Made by a program: the position numbers and the translations under genes. A stretch of DNA of 64,000 bases from Chloroflexota bacterium. Its GTDB lineage: Bacteria > Chloroflexota > UBA11872 > UBA12225. Location: NCBI GenBank assembly GCA_009693165.1, contig SHXX01000001.1, positions 71,248 through 135,247 on the forward strand. The letters are read 5' to 3'. A model generated the notes under the pieces. The model was not told the DNA's origin. It searched no databases and saw nothing but the letters and a program-made list of their open reading frames with translations. The first letter of the stretch is position 1. Each line of letters starts with the position of its first letter. Shown one piece after another: positions 57,801 to 64,000 of the stretch.

Positions 57801-58490
57801 CGACGCCTCCCCGTCGCCGGCGCAACATTGTGGCCCGAGATCATCGTCACCGTTGAAGTCCCCGAGGACATCGATGCCGGCTTCCTTCTAAATAATGGAG
57901 GGACGGCCAAGCCAGATGATGTCGGCCCAGACGCGGGCCAGACGGACCGTGTGACCAAGATGGTGGCGGTGTCGTTCCGCGGTGCCATCGACCGCGTAGA
58001 TTGCTCGACCGATGGTCGCCGTGCGTCGGTAATCGACTACAAGACCGGTTCCCAGGATCGGTTCCGGGGACTTTCAACCGATCCAGTCCTGGCGGGCAAG
58101 GCGGTGCAACTCGCCCTATACAGGTATGCCGCCAGCCAGGTGCTTGGCTCTGCCGAGGTCGGAGCGACGTACCGGTTCGTCTCGGGGCGCGGTGCGGGAA
58201 CCGAACACTCGGTTATTGACACCGCGCGTGCCGACCAGCGTTTGCGGGAAGTCGTCACCGTGGTCGCTACCGGGATGTTGCATGGCGCCTTCCCGCAGGT
58301 GCCGGGGAACGATGAGGAAAACTGCCGCATCTGCGATTTCCGACTGGTGTGTCCCGGCAACCTTGAGGCGGTCCGTGGACGCACCCGACAGACGGCTGGC
58401 GGGGCAATTCATGATCACCTTGCGCCGAAAGCCGAGCGTGCCGTTGACCGTACCGAGGACGTGAGTTCGGACGAAGGGGATGAGGAGTGA
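54888..58490 (+). CDS. AddB/AdnA-like helicase-nuclease subunit (PD-(D/E)XK nuclease with a 4-Cys Fe-S motif)
   Basis: The C-terminus has ..WATCPYRSF.., ..GAIDRVD...VIDYKTG.., ..QLALY.. and ..CRICDFRLVC... No intact Walker A is seen at the N-terminus. An AAGGAGG Shine-Dalgarno lies upstream of ATG 54888. Confidence 0.8.
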   Translation: MESDGGQIHMTGPRIVVARPGRDTISTLRDAISSAQASDCFAPVLLVTATVDAGRELQLAIADGGSYINVSYARLSELAPRLLGVEATTRPLGTTAELSAVRAALARTALRNGRGDAFRETRHHRSLHLALLGLFREFRSREAHPDDVVALGAAGATARAASQVYSEFRAITGQASEAVSLAREAVAALKSPSQANLDAIARLGTVILIGPTKLDRADADLLATLAHQAPVVVILPRLDDPRGRADTRANRIASTLTEATLATSPTGPLAGTETVLNQIRRGGDFIPAVPPPALVLRADLQVIRAPDPAEEVRQAVRRLLAVVGNGMQLHRTAIVYRQRDPYQRLVSEVLDQAGVPHVDLGGMPLSETLPGQRLRALLRLPASDFSRASVLAWAETGPVVGFRPQGMDEGTPAESVTIDGAAWDWISREAGIVRGATQWRDRLEAYADKCDDDADAAQTWAEGSSPDVEVPVGRAKDARLMARTIGYLAKLLTRPDFRDQLDGSGQSVGAWEAASAWATNLLCDAATGGTLGPESAAGTEKAYLDRIKGVLVGLAASNPYDLNPGTETVVSVIEATLESTSVSTRRLGEGVVVGTIDRLPAVPFDHITIVGMIEGAFPPPVGADPFFPDPDNDPFGKRESHPVAERATFLSAVALADCGTVTLCTPDSVEGREAYPARWLLEFAEARHGSPLPYGRSLRDLSASVPVPDWLDHRVSTRDGARQANGDRRPEPGSEDTHGSSRATSGADTEVGRRAVALGVEDRRIGAIARWVDTGQSASAHPLVTGDLPVRALWERATANDPDATSFTPYDGNVGTMRNTSRTLRRALEGSLSATRFETWATCPYRSFLKDVLRVTPTRIPADTWGVDPTVRGTAVHEVLETWYRELLALERLRPDRLPDGSDLALLDTIASTVIAKLEKEGAAGYPVVWRASRATLVAELREFAIADGAQRVETGLVPVHFEQWFGKISRRRLPVAGATLWPEIIVTVEVPEDIDAGFLLNNGGTAKPDDVGPDAGQTDRVTKMVAVSFRGAIDRVDCSTDGRRASVIDYKTGSQDRFRGLSTDPVLAGKAVQLALYRYAASQVLGSAEVGATYRFVSGRGAGTEHSVIDTARADQRLREVVTVVATGMLHGAFPQVPGNDEENCRICDFRLVCPGNLEAVRGRTRQTAGGAIHDHLAPKAERAVDRTEDVSSDEGDEE

Positions 58491-61400
58491 GCGACCGCAC
58501 ACCTGCGCCATTGTTCGATGCCCCGGCGAGGCACCGTCTCGTCACCGACCTTGATACGACATTTGTTGTCGATGCCGGGGCAGGGACTGGCAAGACCCAT
58601 ACCCTGGTCACGCGGATCGTATCGCTTGTCGCGAATGGTCGCCTGGAGATGGGGGCATTGGCCGCGATCACGTTCACCGAGGCCTCCGCTGCCGAACTGC
58701 GTGACCGCATCCGAGGGGGTCTCGACCGCGAGGCAACCAACGGGGATGTGTCCGGCTTGGCGCGTGACCGCTGCCGCTTGGCTTCTGGCGCAATTGATGA
58801 AGCGTCAATCCGGACGATCCACGCCTTCTGTGGCACCTTGCTTCGGACGTTCCCCCTTGAGGCGTCCCTGCCCCCGGGGTTCGCCACGTGGGACACGCTC
58901 GATGAGGCGCGGGCGTTCGATGAGACATTCCGCGCCTGGCTCCGGGATGAACCGGCACCCGGGACCGCACTTGAGGCTGATCTCGCCCACGCCCTGCGCC
59001 TCGGCTTGAACCCAGAGGACTTGCGTGGGCTTGCATCGCGCTATGCCGAAGTCCCGGTTCCCGGACTGGCGCAACCCCAACCAACCGACTCCGATGGCGC
59101 TCCCTCGGATCCAGAAAGAGGGGTTCTTCATCCGCCCGACAGGGATGCTCCTGCACCTGTGGGGCGGGACGCAATCGAGGCGGTTGTCGAGGAGGTCCTT
59201 GGCACGTTCGCCGCGATCGATGCCCTGCTTCCCCGCGCCCGCAAGGGTGACGAGGATCGCCTTGTACGGGTGGTCGAAGGCTTTGCGTCCGACCGTCGAC
59301 GCCTCCGGTACTCGCTTGCCAACCCGGATGCGGACGGTGTTGGCCAAACCCTGGCCCTGATCTCCCTCGTGCGGCGCAAGGTGTCCGGTGCCGGAAAGGG
59401 TTCTCAGGGTGACTGGGATGCGTCGGGAGTGGCCGAGAACCCGGTGGTCACCATCCGCCGGCAACTTTCATCAATTGACGAACTCGCACGAATGACGGTC
59501 GCACAGGTCCGGGCCAATGCGCTGCGTCAGGTGCTTTCCCATGTCGATGCCTTCACCCGACGTGAGGCCGACCGGCGTCGCGCCGCTGGCATCACGACAT
59601 TCCAGGACCTTTTGACGCGAGCGCGGGACCTCCTGCGTGACAACCCCGAGGTGCGCCGACGCGCGCACGCCCGATGGCAGAGGCTGTTCGTCGACGAGTT
59701 CCAGGACACCGATCCGCTTCAGGCCGAGATTGCGTGGTTCCTGTGCGCCAGTCCCGATCAGGCCGAGGTCACCGATTGGCGGGCGTTGGAGATTGTCCCG
59801 GGACGGCTCTTCGTCGTCGGCGATCCCAAGCAGTCTATCTACCGCTTCCGCCGGGCCGACATTGCGGTCTACAACGAGGTGTACGAGCAACTTGCGCCAA
59901 AAAGCGGTGGAGTGCGGGTCGAGCTTGTCCAGAACTTCAGAAGCCTGGCACCGGTCCTTGCGTGGGTGAACGACGAGTTCGGGACCGCCATGAAGGGTGC
60001 GTCCGGCATCCAGGCAACCTACATCCCGTTGGTTGCGCACGGGAGTTCGGCGGGCGGGCGAAGCGAAGCGGGTTTGCATCAGGGGTCTTTGGGCGTGGTT
60101 GACACGGCCCGCGGGTCGATCGACCCTGGCGTCACCTGGCGTCTTGGGACAGTGGTCGATGGACCGGTCTCGAAGGTACGGCGCACTGAGGCGACTGATC
60201 TCGGGCGGGCCATCAGGCAAATCGTCGACGGCGGGTGGATGGTTCGCGACCGCGAGACCAAGCAATTGCGCCCGGCCCGGTTCCGGGACATCTGCATCCT
60301 GATGGCGACCCGTACCGGGCTTGGCCACATCGAGACCGGATTGACCGCACATGGAGTGCCGTATCGCGGGGTCGGGGGTGCCCTCGTCGCCGCGACCGCC
60401 GAGATCCGTGACCTGATCTCTTGCCTGCGGGCAATCCATGACCCCTCCGACCAGGTGGCGACGGTCGCGGCGCTTCGATCTTCGGCATACGCGTGCACCG
60501 ACTCAGACTTGCTGTCGTGGGTGGACGCGAAGGGGCGCTTTGACTACCGGACCGTACCTCTTTGCGCAGGCACGAGTGCGGGTTCGCCAGTTGCGGACGC
60601 GCTTGCATCGCTGCACGCGCTTCACCACGCGCGGACTGGCCGGAGTGCTGCGATGACTGTCGAGGCGCTCGCGCATGAGCGCATGCTGGTGGTCGGGACC
60701 TTTCTCAACCGGCAACCGCGGGAGGCTTGGCGCCGGGTCCGTCTGGTCGTGTCCCAGGCTCGGACGCTCGCGAATGCCGGCCTGCCAACCCTGCGCGACC
60801 TGGTCGAGTGGTTCGATGACCTTCTTGAAAGGCGCGCGGACACCACGGCACAACCTCCCGAAGGGGACGAGGATGCTGTCCGACTGATGACCGTCCATGG
60901 CGCGAAGGGGCTCGAGTTCCCCATTGTTTTCTTGACTGGTCTCGACGGGCGACAGCGGTCAACTGGGTCTCGTGTCGATGTTGCAGTCCCCGTGGTGGGC
61001 GCCCTACCCCAGAACGGGGAAGGGGATCTCAACCACCGTTCCCGTAGCGACGGGCAAGGGGAAATCGAGGCGCGCTGCGGGGATTTCCAGACGCTGGGGT
61101 ATGCTGGGTACGGTGAGCGTGAGAAACGGCTTCTTGAGGCCGAACGGATCCGGCTGGAATACGTGGCTGCGACACGCGCCTGCGACCACCTGATCCTCTT
61201 GCTTCACCGTCGCGCCCCCTCGAAGTCAGAGGGAAAGTCACCGCCGACGGCTGCGGCGCGCATCGCCGCGCGTCTTGACCGTTCGGACGCACCTTCGCCG
61301 CCGCTCGCCGTGCCCTTTGTCTGGCAAGACATTGCGCCGGCCAAGACCACTGTGTTGCAAACGCCGGTCCTTGACGCCCTCCAACCGTGGGAACGGGTTG

Positions 61401-62224
61401 GGAATGCGGTCGACTGGATCAATGACGAGAAGGAGTGGGCCGACGACCGCACCGAGTGCATCAAGGGCGCGTCCCGTCGTGCGGTCGTGACGCCAAGCCG
61501 CTTGCGCCGTGACCATGCTAGGCCGACGAATGATGCCGGTCTGGCCGATGCCGAGCAGGCCATTCCGCCATCCGAACCCGACGAGAGTGACTTGGTGCGG
61601 GAAACTCCTGGCGGAGATCCGGCCGAGGAAGCCAGTGAGAGCGCGGAGTTGCGCACTCGCGCCCAAGCCAGAGGCACCATCGTCCACCAAGTCCTCGAGC
61701 GGATCAACCTGGGGACACTTGAGAACATCGATCAGCTCGTGGCTGAATGCATCGATGACAAGAAGCGTTCGCCTCTAGTCCGGGATTTGGTCAAGGGTGA
61801 GGCCTCCCGGGTCATCACGCTTGTCCGTAATGCCGCCCGCAGCCCGTTCGTCGCGACGGCAGTCGCCTCGGGGCGTCTATGGCGTGAACTTCCTCTCGGC
61901 GCTTCCGTCGATGGCGTGACCATCTCCGGGGTGATCGACCTTCTCCACGAGGCGCCTGACGGATCCCTCGCCATCGCGGACTTCAAGACGGACGTTGTCC
62001 GAAATGAAATCGAGGCCCGGGCGACGGCGGGCGCGTACGAGGCACCGGGAGGCGCATACGCGCTTGCATTGGAGGCGATTACCGGGCGCCCGGTATCGTC
62101 GGTGTCGTTCATCTTCGCGCACCTGCCCGATGGCCATACCGTGACGTATCAGGGCGATGAGCTGCGTCGGATCATCGAAATGGCCCGCGACCAGTCTCGC
62201 GAATTGCATGCACCGACTCGGTGA
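58487..62224 (+). CDS. AddA/AdnB-like UvrD-family helicase fused to a C-terminal PD-(D/E)XK nuclease
   Basis: GTGA overlap with the upstream gene. Motifs seen: Walker A DAGAGTGKT, FVDEFQDTDP, GDPKQSIYRFRRAD and MTVHGAKGLEF. The nuclease motif is ..GVIDLL.....IADFKTD.. Confidence 0.9.
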   Translation: MSDRTPAPLFDAPARHRLVTDLDTTFVVDAGAGTGKTHTLVTRIVSLVANGRLEMGALAAITFTEASAAELRDRIRGGLDREATNGDVSGLARDRCRLASGAIDEASIRTIHAFCGTLLRTFPLEASLPPGFATWDTLDEARAFDETFRAWLRDEPAPGTALEADLAHALRLGLNPEDLRGLASRYAEVPVPGLAQPQPTDSDGAPSDPERGVLHPPDRDAPAPVGRDAIEAVVEEVLGTFAAIDALLPRARKGDEDRLVRVVEGFASDRRRLRYSLANPDADGVGQTLALISLVRRKVSGAGKGSQGDWDASGVAENPVVTIRRQLSSIDELARMTVAQVRANALRQVLSHVDAFTRREADRRRAAGITTFQDLLTRARDLLRDNPEVRRRAHARWQRLFVDEFQDTDPLQAEIAWFLCASPDQAEVTDWRALEIVPGRLFVVGDPKQSIYRFRRADIAVYNEVYEQLAPKSGGVRVELVQNFRSLAPVLAWVNDEFGTAMKGASGIQATYIPLVAHGSSAGGRSEAGLHQGSLGVVDTARGSIDPGVTWRLGTVVDGPVSKVRRTEATDLGRAIRQIVDGGWMVRDRETKQLRPARFRDICILMATRTGLGHIETGLTAHGVPYRGVGGALVAATAEIRDLISCLRAIHDPSDQVATVAALRSSAYACTDSDLLSWVDAKGRFDYRTVPLCAGTSAGSPVADALASLHALHHARTGRSAAMTVEALAHERMLVVGTFLNRQPREAWRRVRLVVSQARTLANAGLPTLRDLVEWFDDLLERRADTTAQPPEGDEDAVRLMTVHGAKGLEFPIVFLTGLDGRQRSTGSRVDVAVPVVGALPQNGEGDLNHRSRSDGQGEIEARCGDFQTLGYAGYGEREKRLLEAERIRLEYVAATRACDHLILLLHRRAPSKSEGKSPPTAAARIAARLDRSDAPSPPLAVPFVWQDIAPAKTTVLQTPVLDALQPWERVGNAVDWINDEKEWADDRTECIKGASRRAVVTPSRLRRDHARPTNDAGLADAEQAIPPSEPDESDLVRETPGGDPAEEASESAELRTRAQARGTIVHQVLERINLGTLENIDQLVAECIDDKKRSPLVRDLVKGEASRVITLVRNAARSPFVATAVASGRLWRELPLGASVDGVTISGVIDLLHEAPDGSLAIADFKTDVVRNEIEARATAGAYEAPGGAYALALEAITGRPVSSVSFIFAHLPDGHTVTYQGDELRRIIEMARDQSRELHAPTR

Positions 62225-62272
62225 CGATCCGTTCGACCGTCACACTGTTCGGCCCGAACTGACCCGTCGCAC

Positions 62273-64000
62273 CTAACCTTTCCACCAGCGCCACACCAAC
62301 CGGCAGATCATGTCGCTTGTTGCGAGCATGTGATCTGGCCGACGTAGCTGGATGCGCCCGTTCGCAGTGTCTGCCACGACAACCGTTCCGTTTGGCGCCA
62401 CGGCGATGCCATCGGGCCACAGGAACTCGCCGGTTTCGTTGCCGGAGCGGCCCCAGATTTCGAGAAGTTTGCCATCTGGCGTGAAGCGTTGGATGCGACT
62501 GTTGTCGGTATCAAGGACGAGCACCATTCCCTCTGGATCGATGGCGATGCCAAGAGGCCAGTCGAATTCTCCCGGGCCGTCGCCCGCGTGTCCCCAAGTG
62601 CGGACGAATTGGCCGTCAGGACTGAAGACCTGCACACGATTGTTGCCGAAGTCAGCGACGTAGACCCGGCCTTCGGGGTCAGTCGTCACTCCCCGCGGGT
62701 ACCGGAACTCCCCGGGCGCGTCTCCCTCACGGCCCCAAACCGCGAGCACCTGACCGGACGGTGCGATTGACTTGATGCGGTGATTGACCGTGTCTGCGAC
62801 GAGGATGCGTCCGTTGGTTGCGATGGCGACGCCAGAAGGGTTGGCGAAATCCCCCATCCCGGATCCGAACCCGCCCCACACCGCCATTGGCGTTCCGTTG
62901 GCCTCGAACCATTGCAGGCGGCTGTTGTCACGGTCGGTCACCAGGATGTGCCCTTCGCTGTCCACGGCAATCCCGTACGGACCGTCGAACTCGCCGGGGC
63001 CAACACCACGTCGTCCCCACTCGCCAAGCGGCGCGCCGGTTGGGGAAAGCTTCCTGATGCGGTTGGCGCCGAACTCGGCCACCAGGACGTTCCCGTCATG
63101 GTCGAACGCGACGCCAATCGGGCCGGCGAACTGTCCGGCACCAGAGTAGGTGCGCCCCCACGAGGTCACGGCAGATCCGTCCCGACCAAGCACGTGGACG
63201 CGGCGTGCCCCGCGATCGGCGACTACGATGGATCCGGTGCGGTCAATGCCGATCCCGATCGGAACCCTGAGGTCCGGCAGAGTTGTGCCCCGCACCCATC
63301 GGCCCGTCACCCGCCCAGACGGGTCGCGCGCGGTCACGTCGGCCGTGATCTCATCGGTGATGTACACCGTGTCGTCGCGCGCAACCGCCAACCCCAGTGG
63401 CGCCGGAGACATCGTGTCGTCTTCGGATGACCGTCCCCAGTCGTCAATCGGGATGCCGAACCCATGCCGGCCAGGCGGGTTGAAGATGCGGACGCGGGCG
63501 TTCCCGGTGTCAGCAACATACGTCATGCCATTGGCATCGACCGCGACTCCCGTGGGGCGGTCTAGTCCGAGATCGTCTGAACCACGATGTCCAAAGGCAT
63601 TCACGAATTGGCCGTTTAGATCAAAGGTCTGGATCCGATGGTTCTCGCGGTCCGTGACGAGCGCGGTGTCACGCCAGATGGCGATGCCATAGGGAACATC
63701 GAACTCGCCAGGGCCTGACCCGCTATGGCCCCAGACTGAAACGGGTACGCCGGATGTAGTGAAGACCTGAACCCGGTCGTTTCCGCCGTCGACCACATAG
63801 ATGCGTCGGTTCGCGTCCACTGCGATGCCGGTCGGGCGGTTCAGTTCGCCCGGTCCGCTTCCCTTGCGTCCCCACCGCGCCACCGTATGCCCATCCCGAT
63901 CGATGCGGATCACCTGGGCACGGTCACGGTCGACAATCAACGTGGTGCCGTCGGGGTCACAGGCGACGGCCCACGGTGTTTGCAGGCCCGGCACGCGGTC
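62273..64000 (-). CDS. NHL-repeat protein (at least 12 blades), probably extending beyond the window end
   Basis: Repeated ..G.GPGEF..P.GIA.D..G...V.D..N.R.Q.F.. units throughout. The ORF is open nearly to position 64000. Confidence 0.85.
   Translation of the reverse strand, partial: DRVPGLQTPWAVACDPDGTTLIVDRDRAQVIRIDRDGHTVARWGRKGSGPGELNRPTGIAVDANRRIYVVDGGNDRVQVFTTSGVPVSVWGHSGSGPGEFDVPYGIAIWRDTALVTDRENHRIQTFDLNGQFVNAFGHRGSDDLGLDRPTGVAVDANGMTYVADTGNARVRIFNPPGRHGFGIPIDDWGRSSEDDTMSPAPLGLAVARDDTVYITDEITADVTARDPSGRVTGRWVRGTTLPDLRVPIGIGIDRTGSIVVADRGARRVHVLGRDGSAVTSWGRTYSGAGQFAGPIGVAFDHDGNVLVAEFGANRIRKLSPTGAPLGEWGRRGVGPGEFDGPYGIAVDSEGHILVTDRDNSRLQWFEANGTPMAVWGGFGSGMGDFANPSGVAIATNGRILVADTVNHRIKSIAPSGQVLAVWGREGDAPGEFRYPRGVTTDPEGRVYVADFGNNRVQVFSPDGQFVRTWGHAGDGPGEFDWPLGIAIDPEGMVLVLDTDNSRIQRFTPDGKLLEIWGRSGNETGEFLWPDGIAVAPNGTVVVADTANGRIQLRRPDHMLATSDMICRLVWRWWKG

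Overview
GC-rich bacterial chromosomal window (GC not computed; the coding style suggests an actinobacterial or Chloroflexota-type genome, which is inference only). I call about 45 protein genes. I found no rRNA, tRNA, CRISPR array, transposase or integrase. Gene content, in order: a peptide-type ABC importer (substrate-binding protein plus 2 permeases, no ATPase); an M14 carboxypeptidase; a clan GH-A-like glycosidase; a wHTH regulator with a membrane partner; uppS; a UxaA / creatininase / amidohydrolase / D-aminoacylase / enolase-superfamily / Gfo-Idh-MocA catabolic set; a 999-aa secreted protein with 14 RCC1 blades; an AAA+ ATPase with an unrecognised N-domain; an MBL-fold hydrolase; thrC; two broken phosphatase genes; an FtsX-like ABC permease; prfB (with its programmed +1 frameshift) followed by ftsX, ftsE and an M23 peptidase; a CHAD protein coupled to a PASTA Ser/Thr kinase; rnc; a DUF503 protein; tlyA; an RND pump followed by an 844-aa adaptor; an AddAB/AdnAB-like helicase-nuclease pair; and NHL-repeat proteins at both ends. 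Main observations: (1) Four predicted exported-protein genes are disrupted. One is broken by an 11-bp x3 tandem repeat, one by a homopolymer frameshift plus TAG, one by an in-frame TAG, and one by TGA plus an AT-rich plug. (2) A ~55-nt island of about 20% GC sits inside a single 493-codon reading frame and supplies TAA-tat-ATG, splitting a predicted TAT-signal / LGFP-like / lamin-tail-domain protein. (3) The RND adaptor is very large, with about 14 tandem helix-turn repeats and a repetitive Gly/Ala/Pro tail, and it is paired with an RND pump carrying an extra ~105-aa hydrophobic insert. (4) A membrane-anchored CHAD protein is translationally coupled to the PASTA kinase. I did not recognise a clear-cut defence or mobile system. 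All functional calls come from motif recognition by eye and need database confirmation.
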